Positions 29,214-40,575 of a stretch of 64,000 bases of DNA are shown here, piece after piece. How positions within the stretch are numbered: position 1 is the first letter of the stretch; every line of letters starts with the position of its first letter. A model generated the notes under the pieces. It had not been told where the DNA came from, did not search any database, and saw only the letters and a list, made by a program, of their open reading frames with translations. The translations under genes and the position numbers were made by a program. Origin of the DNA: an uncultured delta proteobacterium (lineage in GTDB: Bacteria > Myxococcota > Myxococcia > Myxococcales > 40CM-4-68-19); assembly GCA_903911145.1 (NCBI GenBank), contig CAIWCD010000013.1, forward strand, positions 186,001 through 250,000. The letters run 5' to 3'.

Positions 29214-31301
29214 CTACTCCGCACGGGCATGCAGAATCACGTCGCCGACCTGCAGAGCGTCGAGCACATCCTCGCCGCCCTCGAGTTGGCCCGCGATCGT
29301 GTAGCGCCCATCGAGATGCGGTTGCGCTCCGTGGCAGAGGAAGAACTGCGAGCCGCCCGTCTCCGGCCCGGACGTCGCGATGCCGAGCGTTCCTCGCGTG
29401 AAGTGAAGCGCGGTGTGCTCGTCGGGGAGCGCGAAGCCGGGGCCGCCCTCGCCGTCGCCGAGGGGATCGCCGCCCTGCGCGACGAAATCGGGGACGACGC
29501 GGTGGAAGGAGAGCCCGTCGTAGAAGCCGCGGTTGGCGAGCATCGAGAGGGCGACGGAGGTGAGCGGCGCCTCTCCGTCGTCGGCGAAGAGGTGGACGCG
29601 CAACTCGCCCGCGCTGGTGGTGAGGATGAGCGTGTGAGCGCGCGGGCCGCTCCCAGGGCGGCCGAGCGCTGCTTCGGGAACGATCGCCGGGACCGGTGCG
29701 CGCGAATTTGCCGACGCCGGGGGTGTCGCAGAGGAGTCCGCAGCCGCATGTTCGTGGGAAGCAGCGAAGAGTGTTCCGAGCGCCGAGAGAGTGTCGGCGC
29801 GAGGGTCTCCAGCGCTTGGTCCCGGAGGCAGCGAGAAGCGCGCGGCCGCGCGGGTGGCAGGCGAGAGCGCTGCGCGGGCAGCCTGCGGATCTTTGGCAAG
29901 GGTGCTCGCCGCACTGCCGACGACGTACGGATCGGAGTCGTCGAGCAGCGCGATCAGGACGGGCGCGAACGCAAGCGACGCGGAGCCGGCGGCGGCGCTG
30001 CGCACGCGCGGATCGGGATCGTGCAGAGCTTTGAAGAGCAGGAGCCCTGCTGCGCTCTCGGTGTGATCGCCCGCGAGTTCAGCAGCGAGCGAGGCGGTTC
30101 GAAAGCGGGAGCGCCACTCAACCTCGAGGCCAACAGCGCACTGGGGCGTCTCGAGGAGCGCGTTGGCAGAGCGGTCCCGCGCATCGGCGGCGGCGCAACG
30201 AATTGCGGCAGTGGCCGCGGGAGTTGGTGCCGAGAGATCGCGAGGAGCAGGCATCGCGTCGCGCGAAAGCTTGAGTTGGGCAGCGCTCTCAAAGAGCTGA
30301 ACGAGTGGGTGGGCCCAGCGCGCGTCGGCAACGGTGTGCGACTCGCGCAACCGTTCGGCGGCCGCTCCGATCGCAGCAGAGATCAGCGCAGAGCCGCGCG
30401 GAGCCTCGGCGAGCGCGCGCGCGGCCTCGACGTGGACGCGCCAGTCAGGTTCAGTGGGAGGGTCGAGCAACGGCGCCAGATCCTCGGCGTCGAGGCCTTG
30501 TTTGCCCGCCGCGCGCGCAGCCGTCGCACGCGTCTCAGCTTCAAGATCGCGGAGCGCAGAAAGCAGCGACGCGTGCTGGGCTGCATCGAGCGGACCTCCG
30601 CGCGGGATGCGGCCGAGCGCATAGGCGGCCGCTCGGCGCACCTCGCTCTCTCCTCGTTGCATCGCAGTCCAAAGAGCCGCGCGCGCAGCGGTCGCGACCA
30701 GCACATCGGCTCCCTTCTCGCCGAGGCGCGCGAGAGCACCGAGGGAGAATCCAGACGCTGCAGCAAGAGGAGCCGATCCAGCAAGAGCCGACGCGAGCGC
30801 GGAGAGAGAATCGGCTCCGCGCGCAGCAGAGCCCATTGCACGCGCGGCCGCGACAGACGCGGGGCAGCGCTTCTGCACGCAATCACGCAGCAGCGCCTCA
30901 GCGTCGGGCCGATGCGCCGCCGCGGAGGGCATCCGCCCGAGCGCCCACGCAGCAAGCGCGCCGTCATCTCCGGCTGAGGAGAGGAGCACACCGAGATCAG
31001 CGATGGCCTCTGCGTCGGCGATGCGACCGACCGCCAGAGCTGCACGCGCACGCACTTCGCGGGAGCCATCGCGCAAGAGCGCGCGCACCTCCGCGCTGGA
31101 GATTCGTGCAGCCTCAGCGACAGCGCAACGCGAGTTCGCCTCGTCGAGCGATGTCTGCGCAACGTGAGCGGAGGAAGCGTCGGAACGCAGCTCGGCCGCG
31201 CCAGAAGCGGCCTTGCGGAGGTTCGTGTTATTTGTACACGAACCCCCAAGCAGGCTGGACAGCAGCAGCGCGGCTGCGCCGCAAGTTCTCGCAGACCGCA
31301 C
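29214..31301 (-). CDS. HEAT-repeat lipoprotein with C-terminal cyclophilin-type peptidyl-prolyl isomerase
   Basis: Lipobox LGGSC, VRxxAAxALG repeats, FHRVVPDFVAQGGDP, GGSQFF, HLDGRYT. Confidence 0.9.
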   Translation of the reverse strand: MRSARTCGAAALLLSSLLGGSCTNNTNLRKAASGAAELRSDASSAHVAQTSLDEANSRCAVAEAARISSAEVRALLRDGSREVRARAALAVGRIADAEAIADLGVLLSSAGDDGALAAWALGRMPSAAAHRPDAEALLRDCVQKRCPASVAAARAMGSAARGADSLSALASALAGSAPLAAASGFSLGALARLGEKGADVLVATAARAALWTAMQRGESEVRRAAAYALGRIPRGGPLDAAQHASLLSALRDLEAETRATAARAAGKQGLDAEDLAPLLDPPTEPDWRVHVEAARALAEAPRGSALISAAIGAAAERLRESHTVADARWAHPLVQLFESAAQLKLSRDAMPAPRDLSAPTPAATAAIRCAAADARDRSANALLETPQCAVGLEVEWRSRFRTASLAAELAGDHTESAAGLLLFKALHDPDPRVRSAAAGSASLAFAPVLIALLDDSDPYVVGSAASTLAKDPQAARAALSPATRAAARFSLPPGPSAGDPRADTLSALGTLFAASHEHAAADSSATPPASANSRAPVPAIVPEAALGRPGSGPRAHTLILTTSAGELRVHLFADDGEAPLTSVALSMLANRGFYDGLSFHRVVPDFVAQGGDPLGDGEGGPGFALPDEHTALHFTRGTLGIATSGPETGGSQFFLCHGAQPHLDGRYTIAGQLEGGEDVLDALQVGDVILHARAE

Positions 31302-31316
31302 CGTGCGCGCTCCCGA

Positions 31317-31646
31317 CTACCTGGCCGCGGGAGCAGTCGCAGCAGGCGCTGCAGGAGCGACAGGAACCGCTGGAACCGCGGGCGCACCGACCGGAGCCGG
31401 CGGCGCCGCCGGAACCGCAGGAGGAGCAGCCGCGGCCTTTGCCTGTGCTGCCGTCACGTCCGCGAGCGCCGACGAGAGCGCGCCCACCTCCGCACGCAAC
31501 CCGGCGATCTGCGCCTGCTGCCCTGCCATCGCGGGAACGAGCAGCACCCACGAGCCCACAGAGAACACCACGCACGCGATCAGCACCGAGATCAGCGTGT
31601 TGAGCACCAGCGCCCGTCCGGGCGGCATCGTCTTGTCGTCGGCCAT
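31317..31646 (-). CDS. Small single-TM hypothetical protein with Pro/Ala-rich tail
   Basis: ATG 31646 with SD GAGGA, a TM helix, a short coiled coil and an APPAVP-rich tail; lies in the operon between flanking genes. Confidence 0.7.
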   Translation of the reverse strand: MADDKTMPPGRALVLNTLISVLIACVVFSVGSWVLLVPAMAGQQAQIAGLRAEVGALSSALADVTAAQAKAAAAPPAVPAAPPAPVGAPAVPAVPVAPAAPAATAPAAR

Positions 31647-31654
31647 GTCGGTCC

Positions 31655-33754
31655 TCACTTGCAGAGCGGGCCGGAGCAGATCGCGCGCGTCGAGGCGCTG
31701 CCCGCGGACTGCGTGTCGTCGTAGATCGGAGGAAGCGTCCCGCCGCCCAATTCGTCGAGAGCGCGCAGATAGCCGCCGAGCGCTTCCCACTCCTTGATCT
31801 CGACCACGACGCCGGGAGCGAGCGTCGCGTACTCGATGGCGTCGATCGGGGTCGCGAGCGCGGCACCGGTCGTCGGATCCTTGAGGTGGACGCCAGCGAG
31901 CGACGCGAACGTGGCGACATAGAGATTGCTCGTCGCGCTGTAGAGGCCGAGCGGGTTCGCGAGGTAGCCGGTTGGCGACACGTGCAGCACAGCCGGGTCG
32001 GTGCTGAAGAGCAGCGTGCCCTCCGTGCTGCAGGCGTCGAGCTTGCTGTGATCCTTCATCTGCCGGATCTCGGTGACGCGCCCGTTGGTCGGGTCGAGCG
32101 CCGAGCCCGACGCGTTGAACATCGGGCGGCTCGTGTCGTACTTGAAGCAGAAGCCGGAGGGCACGAGGAAGTCATCGGCGTAGTTGTCGTTGAGGTACGC
32201 GATGCCGGCCGTGACCTCGAAGGCGGCCTTGATCTCCGCGAGGAAGATGCCGAAGCGCGTGAGCGGATAGCCGGGCAGTCCGGACGGCGATGCACCCAGC
32301 GGAACGCTCTGGAAGAGATCCGCGAAGGAGATCTTGTGGGCCGCGTTGGGGACGATGTCGCCGCGCAGAACACCGGCGGCCTCGACGGAGAGGTCGGTCG
32401 GCCCCGTGGCGCTGTCGCTGGCGAGGAGCATCGCATCGGCGGCAACGCGCAGGAGCGCCGTCTCCTTCTGCGACGCGCCCTGGTGGATCGTGTAGCCGCT
32501 CGTCGCGATCGGCGCGAACGCGAGCTTGCCGACGTGCGCCGGATCCGCCGTGAGGATCTCGCCGGCCGTGATCGACGCGGTGTACTGGAGGTACGAGATG
32601 TTCCCGAGCGCGGCCACCTTGGCGTTTTCGATCGCGCCGTAGACGCCGGAGACAAACGCGGCGGTCGTCGTGTCACCGACCGTGGTGTCGTCGATCGGCA
32701 CGGTGGTCGAGTGGGCCATGTCGAACGTCACCGGAGTCAGATCGTTCGCGGCCGCGCCCAGCTTGACCGTCATCGCGATGCGTCCGTAGTGATCGCCGTA
32801 GCGGCCCGCCTGCTGGATGAGGACCTGCCGGCCCGTCTTCGGGTTGGTGACGAGCGTCGCGGGATAGTTCGTGTGCGTGTGTCCGCTGACGATGACGTCG
32901 ATTCCACCGACGTTCTCGGCGATCTGCTGGTCCTCGCCCTGCGCCGCTGCGGCGGGATTCACGCCCGAGTGGCTGAGCGCGACGACGAGGTCGACCTTCT
33001 CGACTGCGCGCAGATGGTTCACCAGCGGCTGGAGCTGATCGTAGAGCGCGCCGAGTGCGCCGGCGACGTCGTTGTCGGCACCGCTCGAGTCGGTCGTGAA
33101 CTTCACCGGAGCCTTGAGCGGCGCGACCTGCGCGGCGTTGATGCCCATGATGCCGACGAAGCCGACCTTGATGCCGCCCGCGGTGGTGACGACCCAGGTG
33201 CGGTGGATCGGCAGGCTCGGGTCGGTGCCAGTCTCGTCGAAGAGAGCCGCGAGAGCAGCGTCGCCGCCGGTGCCGCTGAACTGGATGTTGCTCGAGACGA
33301 TCGCCGGCAGGCCGATGGAGCCCGCTGCCTTGGCCGCGCTGATAGAGGCGGCGAGCGAGGCGGGACCGTAGTCGAACTCGTGGTTGCCGAACGTCGTCAC
33401 GTTGTAGCCGAGCAGCGCGAGCGACTGGTAGTCGGGCGCACCGGCGATGAAGCCGAGCTGCGCGACAGTGCCCATCGCGTTGTCTCCCGCGGAGACGGCG
33501 AGAACGTCCGCGCCCGCGCTCTTGGCTGCTGCGCGCTCATTGGCGAAGAGAACCGCGCGTCGAGCAAGTCCGCCCTTGATCGAGCCGGTGCCGGCGGTGG
33601 TCGGCGCGGGAAAGTCGACGGACTCGGGGCCTTCGCCGACGAGGTGCGAGTGCTCGTCGTTGGTGTGGAGGATGACGAGCGACTTGCTCGTCTGGTTGCT
33701 CCCGCAGGCCGCGGCGAGAGTGGCAGCGCAGATGACGAACCATCGAGATGACAT
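31655..33754 (-). CDS. 5'-nucleotidase / UDP-sugar hydrolase family lipoprotein
   Basis: Lipobox LAAAC, ILHTNDEHS, AGD, GNHEFD, LSHSG and SGHTH motifs, plus a C-terminal 5'-nucleotidase domain. Confidence 0.9.
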   Translation of the reverse strand: MSSRWFVICAATLAAACGSNQTSKSLVILHTNDEHSHLVGEGPESVDFPAPTTAGTGSIKGGLARRAVLFANERAAAKSAGADVLAVSAGDNAMGTVAQLGFIAGAPDYQSLALLGYNVTTFGNHEFDYGPASLAASISAAKAAGSIGLPAIVSSNIQFSGTGGDAALAALFDETGTDPSLPIHRTWVVTTAGGIKVGFVGIMGINAAQVAPLKAPVKFTTDSSGADNDVAGALGALYDQLQPLVNHLRAVEKVDLVVALSHSGVNPAAAAQGEDQQIAENVGGIDVIVSGHTHTNYPATLVTNPKTGRQVLIQQAGRYGDHYGRIAMTVKLGAAANDLTPVTFDMAHSTTVPIDDTTVGDTTTAAFVSGVYGAIENAKVAALGNISYLQYTASITAGEILTADPAHVGKLAFAPIATSGYTIHQGASQKETALLRVAADAMLLASDSATGPTDLSVEAAGVLRGDIVPNAAHKISFADLFQSVPLGASPSGLPGYPLTRFGIFLAEIKAAFEVTAGIAYLNDNYADDFLVPSGFCFKYDTSRPMFNASGSALDPTNGRVTEIRQMKDHSKLDACSTEGTLLFSTDPAVLHVSPTGYLANPLGLYSATSNLYVATFASLAGVHLKDPTTGAALATPIDAIEYATLAPGVVVEIKEWEALGGYLRALDELGGGTLPPIYDDTQSAGSASTRAICSGPLCK

Positions 33755-33836
33755 GGGAGATCCTTGAGCAGGCGTCCACGAAACGAGAGGGCCGGCAACT
33801 GACCGACGCGGCACGCAGCTGTCAAGAGCGGGTGCG

Positions 33837-34727
33837 TCAGGAAGCGGCGTGCCCGAGCGCATGCGGATCGCGCTCGCCCGCGCGGACAGCGATCGGGAGC
33901 AGATTCTCGCGCGGCGGAATCGGGCAATTGAAGTGCGTAGAGAAGGCGCAACTCGGGTTGTAGGCCGTGTTGAAATCGAGCAGCCAGCGATCACCCGTGG
34001 CGTCAAGCGGCCGCGGTTCGAGATAGCGGCCGACGGGGTAGCTCTCTGCTCCCGACGTCGCGTCGCGAAAGAAGATCGAGATGCCCGCTTCGTCGGCGCC
34101 CGGCTCGAGCAGGCGCAGCGCGGTCAACTCGTGCGGCGCTCCCTGCAGCGAAAACATCAGCGTGCCCAGTCGCAGCGCGCGCCTGCGCTGCCCGCGCGTC
34201 GAGAGCACGACCTCCTCGCGCAACGTTGCATCGCGGCGCAAGCGGGCCTCGACGCGAGAGGCAATATCGGGCTCGAACCAGACAGGCGGCGCGGGCGCGA
34301 CGAGGTGCGGGCTCTGCGGATCCGAGACGAGCACCGCGGGGAAGTTCTGGTGCGAGAAGCGCAGCAGATAGCGCCCCAAGCGGATGCGGCCTCCAGGCGG
34401 GATGCGCGCCTCGCGCCGCTCCGCGCCCTCCCCTCGCGCCTCAAGGATGAGGAAGCTGGTGTTCCAATCGACCGACTTCAGGACGAACGTGTCTGCCTCG
34501 ACATGGGCGCTCAGTTGGTGCAGCGCAAGACCCTCGAGTTGCGCGCTGCAGTCGCTCGCGCTTCCGAAGACGAGCGGCACAGTGCCCGCGAACTCGTAGC
34601 GCCCGACCACCGCATAGGGACTCCTCTGCGGATCGGCAAAGGCCCGCGTCGTCACTCCGCGCGAGCGCGCCAGTTCCTGCCGCCACGCGGCCTCGTTGAA
34701 TGCGCGCATGTCCGCATTGAACGACAA
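33837..34727 (-). CDS. DUF1684 family protein
   Basis: FRDATSGAESYPVGRYL, LDFNTAYNPSCAF and CPIPPRENLL...AGE motifs. Confidence 0.88.
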   Translation of the reverse strand: MSFNADMRAFNEAAWRQELARSRGVTTRAFADPQRSPYAVVGRYEFAGTVPLVFGSASDCSAQLEGLALHQLSAHVEADTFVLKSVDWNTSFLILEARGEGAERREARIPPGGRIRLGRYLLRFSHQNFPAVLVSDPQSPHLVAPAPPVWFEPDIASRVEARLRRDATLREEVVLSTRGQRRRALRLGTLMFSLQGAPHELTALRLLEPGADEAGISIFFRDATSGAESYPVGRYLEPRPLDATGDRWLLDFNTAYNPSCAFSTHFNCPIPPRENLLPIAVRAGERDPHALGHAAS

Positions 34728-34785
34728 ACCAGAGCGTCCGTCACGCCCTCATCGTTACGCGCGCGTTTCGTCAGGGGCGGTTGCG

Positions 34786-34814
34786 TTGACCGCCCATCGG
34801 CACACCGATAGAAG
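34786..34814 (+). promoter_or_regulatory. sigma70-type promoter of the MacAB-like operon
   Basis: TTGACC (34786-34791), 17-nt spacer, TAGAAG (34809-34814); ATG only 9 nt further on. Confidence 0.45.
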
Positions 34815-34823
34815 CCCGCCCGC

Positions 34824-36253
34824 ATGCGACCGATTCGACCGCGACCTGCTCCGCTGCCCGTCCGACCTCTGCGGGCTCACGCGCTCTTCGTCGCGCTGAT
34901 CGCGCTCGCCGGATGCAACCGCCAGCACGCGGCCCAGTACCGCACCGACAGCACGGATCGCGGGGCCATCGTCGAACAGGTCTCGGCGACCGGAGATGTC
35001 GAAGCGATCGTCTCGGTGAACATCGGCAGCCAAGTCTCGGGCACGATCAGCAAGCTCTACGTCGATTTCAACTCGGTCGTAAAGAAGGGGCAACTGCTCG
35101 CCGACATCGATCCGCGCGTCTTCAAGGCGGCGCTCGAGCGCGCAGAGGCTGGTCTTGCGGCAGCGAGGGCGAACGTCGCCAAGGCGCAGGCGATGCTCGA
35201 CGATGCCACCCGGCAGGAGAAGCGCGCGCGCGACCTGCTCGCCCAGCAGCTCGATTCGCAGGCCGACGTGGACACCGCCATGTCCCTGCGTGAGCAGGAC
35301 GCGGCGAACCTTCTCTCGACGAAAGCCGCGGTGCTGCAGGCGAAGGCCGATCGCGACACGGCCGCGGCCAACCTGGTGTTCACGCACATCGTCAGCCCGA
35401 TCGACGGCGTGGTGATCTCGCGCACGGTCGACGTCGGCGTGACCGTCGCCGCTTCGATGACGGTCGCGACCCTCTTCACCATCGCGAACGATCTGACCAA
35501 GATGCAGATCCTCGCGAACATCGACGAAGCGGACGTCGGCAAGGTGCTCGAGGGATTGCCGGCCCGTTTCTCTGTCGACGCGTGGCCCGGCGAGGAGTTC
35601 ATCGGGACCATCCGCGAGGTGCGGCAGTCGCCGAACACGATCAACAACGTGGTGACGTACGCGGCGGTCATCGACGCACCGAATCCGAAGCGCAAGCTCA
35701 AGCCGGGAATGACCGCGTCGGTGCAGATCACGACGGCGCACAGAGAGAGCGTCGTGCGCGTGCCCAATGCGGCGCTGCGCTTCAAGCCCTCGGCGCCGCT
35801 CGAGGGCGCGCCGCGTGACTCGAAGGACCGTGCGGAGAAGAGCGACGCCGCGCCGACTGCGCGCGAAGGTGCGCCGCGTCCGGTGGGCGAGCGTGGGCAG
35901 TGGTCCGCCGAGGATCGCGCCAGGTGGGCGAGCGGCGATCACCCGCATCATCGGCGCGACGACGCACAGAGCGCAGACGGCGGTACCGACGCTGCGGACT
36001 TGAAGCGCGCCGACGCGAGTGACGAGCCGAAGCAGCCCAGTCGCAGCGGCCGTCTCTACAAGCTCGTCGAGGGCAAACCGCAGCTCGCGCGCGTGCGCCT
36101 CGGGCTCCAGGATTCGCAGCACACCGAGGTGCTCGAGGGGATCGGCGATGGCGAGACGGTGATCGTCGGCGAGATCGGAACTTCGCAGTCGGCCGCTCCG
36201 GCGAGTCTGATGGGTGGACAGCGGCCTCCTGGCGGTGGCGGCGGGCGGCACTG

Positions 36254-36254
<1 letters not shown>
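34824..36254 (+). CDS. Periplasmic adaptor (MFP) subunit, MacA-like
   Basis: VSATG, GSQVSGTI...VDFNSVVKKGQLLA, ISPIDGVV-like, IDEADVG and LKPGMTA motifs; lipobox ALAGC. Confidence 0.92.
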
Positions 36255-37080
<826 letters not shown>

Positions 37081-37084
<4 letters not shown>

Positions 37085-38304
37085 ACATCTTCGCGTCGCT
37101 GCGGACCGCTCTGCGCGCGCTGCGCAAGAACATGCTGCGCTCGCTGCTCGCGATGCTCGGCATCGTCATCGCGGTGGCCGCGGTCGTCGCGACCGTGGCG
37201 ATCGGCGAAGGCGCCAAGCAGCAGGTCGCCGATCAGATGGCCTCGCTGGGCGCGAACTTATTGATGGTGATGCCCGGCTCGATCAGCTCGAAGGGCGTGG
37301 CCACGGGCGCGGGCGCGACGCAGAACCTGACCCGCGCGGACGGCGCCGCTATCGAAAAGGAAGTCACTTCCGCCGCACAAGTAGCTCCGCTCAATCGCTC
37401 GAACGGGCAGGTCATCTACGGCGATTCGAACTGGTACACGACCATCCAGGGCACGACCGCGGCGTTCCTGGAAATCCGCCAGTGGCAGATTGCTCAGGGC
37501 GAGATGTTCGGTCGCGAAGAGGATGCGGCGGGCGCGAAGGTCTGCGTGCTCGGACAGACCGTGGTCGACAAGCTCTTCGGCGATTCGAATCCGATCGGCG
37601 TGCAGATCCGCGTCAAGCACGTGCCCTGCAAGGTCGTCGGCGTGCTCGCGGCGAAGGGCCAGGGCTCGTGGGGGCAGGATCAGGATGACGTCGTCCTGAT
37701 GCCGTGGACGACGCTCGTGCACCGCATCAACGGCTCTGCTGCGGACACGGTGCAGCAGTTGATGGTCTCGGCGCGCGGCCCCGACCTCGTCGACGCCACG
37801 CAGAAGGACATCGAGAGCCTGCTCAAGCAGCGCCACCACATTGCAGAAGAGGGCGAGCCCGACTTCATGGTGCGCAATCTCGCCGAGATGCAGAACGCGG
37901 CGAACGCGCAGGCGACGACGCTCTCGGTGCTGCTGGCGAGCGTCGCGCTCATCTCGCTCCTGGTCGGCTCGATCGGGATCGCCAACGTCATGCTCGTCTC
38001 GGTGACGGAGCGCACGAGGGAGATCGGCATCCGGATGGCCGTGGGCGGGCGCGGGCGCGACGTGCTCTTGCAGTTCCTCACCGAGGCGGTCGTGCTCGCG
38101 GTGGTCGGCGGGATCATCGGACTCGCGCTCGGCGTGGGGCTCGCGCGCTGGATGGCCGCGCAGCAGGGATGGCCGGCGGTCATCTCGACGACAGTGATGG
38201 GCGCGACGCTCGTGCTCGCGGGTGCAGCGGGCGTGATCGCGGGCTTCTATCCGGCGCTGCGCGCGTCGCGACTCGATCCGATCGAGGCACTGCGGTTCGA
38301 GTAG
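37081..38304 (+). CDS. ABC transporter permease, MacB-like
   Basis: [11 protein letters not shown], periplasmic domain, [40 protein letters not shown]. Confidence 0.95.
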
Positions 38305-38332
38305 CCCCGCTCGGGACCTGATCGCTGACGCC

Positions 38333-39112
38333 TCAACTGAACGTCGCGAGCACCGGCGCGTGGTCGCTCGCGCCCGTCCCTGCCCGCTCTTCGCGATCCA
38401 CCTCGGCGCCCGTGCAGCGCGCCGCGAGCGAGGCGGTCGTCCAGATGTGATCGATGCGCAGGCCGTTGTCGCGCGGGAACGAGCCCGCCCGGTAGTCCCA
38501 CCACGAGTAGACGTTGCCCTGCTGGTGCAGCCGGAACGCGTCGGTGAAACCGAATGCGCGCACCGTCTCGAGGCGAGCCCGCACCTCGGGCGCATAGAGC
38601 ACCGTCGTCTCCCACTGCGCCGGGTCGTGGACATCGCGCGCTTCGGGCGCGACGTTGAAGTCTCCACAGAGCGCGAGCGGCTCGCCCGGAACTGCGTTGA
38701 GTGCCAACCATCTATTCAAGCGATTGAGCCACTCCATCTTGTACGCGTGCTTCTCGCTCCCGAGCGACTGGCCGTTGGGCACGTAGGCCGAGATGAACCG
38801 CACACCGCCCGCGCGCGCAGAGACAAGCCTGGCCTGCTCGGGAGCGTCTCCATCGCCGCCGTCGGCGAGGCCCAGCTTCACGTCGGTGAGCGGCTCGCGC
38901 GAGAGAATCGCGACCCCGTTGTAGGTCTTCTGGCCCACGGCCGCGACGTGCCAGCCCTCCTCGGCGAGAAACTTCGGCAACTGCGAAAGCTCGCACTTGA
39001 GCTCCTGCAGACAGACGACGTCCGGCTTCTTCCTCTCGAGAAACGCGCGCAGTCGCGCCTCGCGGGCGCGGATCGAATTCACATTCCAGGTCGCGAGCAG
39101 CATCGGCTTCAC
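38333..39112 (-). CDS. xth: Exodeoxyribonuclease III
   Basis: TWNVNSIR, LQELK, YNGVAILS, YVPNG, GDFNVAP, SWWDYR, RIDH and SDHAP motifs. Start is GTG 39112 or ATG 39103. Confidence 0.95.
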   Translation of the reverse strand: MKPMLLATWNVNSIRAREARLRAFLERKKPDVVCLQELKCELSQLPKFLAEEGWHVAAVGQKTYNGVAILSREPLTDVKLGLADGGDGDAPEQARLVSARAGGVRFISAYVPNGQSLGSEKHAYKMEWLNRLNRWLALNAVPGEPLALCGDFNVAPEARDVHDPAQWETTVLYAPEVRARLETVRAFGFTDAFRLHQQGNVYSWWDYRAGSFPRDNGLRIDHIWTTASLAARCTGAEVDREERAGTGASDHAPVLATFS

Positions 39113-39141
39113 CTTTATTTGAGTCGCGTCAAGCTGAAAAC

Positions 39142-39188
39142 TTGACCAGTGCGCACCCGTTCAGTAGCGTCGCCCGCAGTTGTTCAGG
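39142..39188 (+). promoter_or_regulatory. lexA promoter with Myxococcus-type LexA box
   Basis: TTGACC (39142), 17-nt spacer, TAGCGT (39165). GTGCGCACCCGTTCAGT (39149-39165) fits 14 of 17 positions of the M. xanthus LexA consensus CTRHAMRYBYGTTCAGS as I recall it. A second GTTCAGG lies at 39182. Confidence 0.65.
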
Positions 39189-39211
39189 TGGCCATTCGAA
39201 CGGAGCAAGCA

Positions 39212-39982
39212 ATGTCGGAGTCTCTCACGGAGCGCCAGCAGAAGATTCTCACCTTCATCAAGGAGAGCATCCAGCAGCAAGGCTACCCCCCGACGATCCG
39301 CGAGATCGGCATCGCGTTTGGAATCCGCTCGACGAACGGCGTGAACGATCATCTCAAGGCGCTCGAGCGCAAGGGCTACCTGCTGCGCGGCGAGCTCAAG
39401 AGCCGCGCTCTCTCCGTGATCGACGGAGGCGCTGCAGCCGAGCGGATCATCCACGAGGTCGACGAAGGCGACGTGCGCCACCACGCGGTGAACGGCGCCA
39501 GCGCAAGCTTCCAGCGACCGACCGGCCGCTTCCCTTCCCTGCGCCGTGCGCCTGAACTGGAGCTGGCCGACCTTGGTGACATCGTCGAGATCCCGGTCGT
39601 CGGCAAAGTGGCCGCAGGCGCGCCGATCCTCGCCGCAGAGAACATCACCGACCACGTGCGCATCGACAGCTTTCTCCTCGGAGACAAGGCGAGCGCGCGC
39701 AAGGTCTTCGCGCTCAAGGTCACCGGCGACAGCATGATCGGCGACGGCATCCTCGACGGCGACTACATCTTCGTGCGCAAGCAGCTGCACGCGACGCCGG
39801 GCGAGATCGTCGTCGCGCTCATCGAGGAGGAAGCGACCGTCAAGCGCTACTACCCAGAGGGAGATCGCATCCGCTTCCAGCCGTCGAACCCACGCCTGAA
39901 GCCCATCTACGTCGCGCGCGAGGATTTCCGCGAGACGCAGATCATCGGGATCGTGGTGGGCGTGTATCGGCGCGTGCACTGA
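39212..39982 (+). CDS. lexA: SOS repressor LexA
   Basis: LTERQ...GYPPTIREI...HLKALERKGY; VAAG cleavage site; GDSM serine; TVKR lysine. Confidence 0.97.
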   Translation: MSESLTERQQKILTFIKESIQQQGYPPTIREIGIAFGIRSTNGVNDHLKALERKGYLLRGELKSRALSVIDGGAAAERIIHEVDEGDVRHHAVNGASASFQRPTGRFPSLRRAPELELADLGDIVEIPVVGKVAAGAPILAAENITDHVRIDSFLLGDKASARKVFALKVTGDSMIGDGILDGDYIFVRKQLHATPGEIVVALIEEEATVKRYYPEGDRIRFQPSNPRLKPIYVAREDFRETQIIGIVVGVYRRVH

Positions 39983-39986
39983 GAAT

Positions 39987-40093
39987 GGCCGGCCGCTGGA
40001 CCCGATCATCTTTTCCGTGCTCGCTGCTCGCAAGCCCGCATGGGGCTTGCTGTGCGGCTCCGCGCGCAAAAGATGATCGGGCTCCGCCGGCCT
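39987..40093 (+). repeat. Palindromic intergenic element, copy A
   Basis: Nested inverted repeats GGCCGGC/GCCGGCC, CCCGATCATCTTTT/AAAAGATGATCGGG and GCAAGCCC/GGGCTTGC; homologous to the reverse strand of 41906-42009. Confidence 0.85.
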
Positions 40094-40238
40094 TGTGAAC
40101 TCGCGATCCACGGGGAGAGCAAGCGGGGGAAGCGAAATGCGCGTGCGCGAAATGCTCGGGAGACAGGTCGATGGAGTGAGTGAGCGCGTGCGGTTTTTTG
40201 CGTCGCTGCTTGCGATGTCGTGGCGGCTCGAGCGGCAC

Positions 40239-40442
40239 TCAGCGCTTTCGCCCGAGGGGCGGCTGCACCTCCGGCAGCTCCTGCGCGCGAAAGAGCGGGC
40301 AGCGCAGGACCGGTTGCCGCGGGTATTTGTCGGGCAGGAGCGGGCAGAGAATGAAGAGGCTGTGAGCCGTGCGCACGTAGCGGGGCGGAGCGGCGCACCG
40401 GTGGCAAAGGCTTTCTCGAAACGGCAGCGCATCGTCGCTCAT
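40239..40442 (-). CDS. Small four-cysteine hypothetical protein (67 aa)
   Basis: MSDDALPFRESLCHRCAAPPRYVRTAHSLFILCPLLPDKYPRQPVLRCPLF; CxxC-x16-C-x14-C pattern. Confidence 0.65.
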   Translation of the reverse strand: MSDDALPFRESLCHRCAAPPRYVRTAHSLFILCPLLPDKYPRQPVLRCPLFRAQELPEVQPPLGRKR

Positions 40443-40575
40443 GTCTTCGCGCACTCTCGCATCCCGGTGGGGCGGCGTCGCAAGCGGTGAGCGCGTGGGC
40501 ATCGGTCGATTGGCGACCATTCTGCTCGAAATGACGGATGCACTGCCCGGTCCTCGATCTGGCATCTGGTACCGC

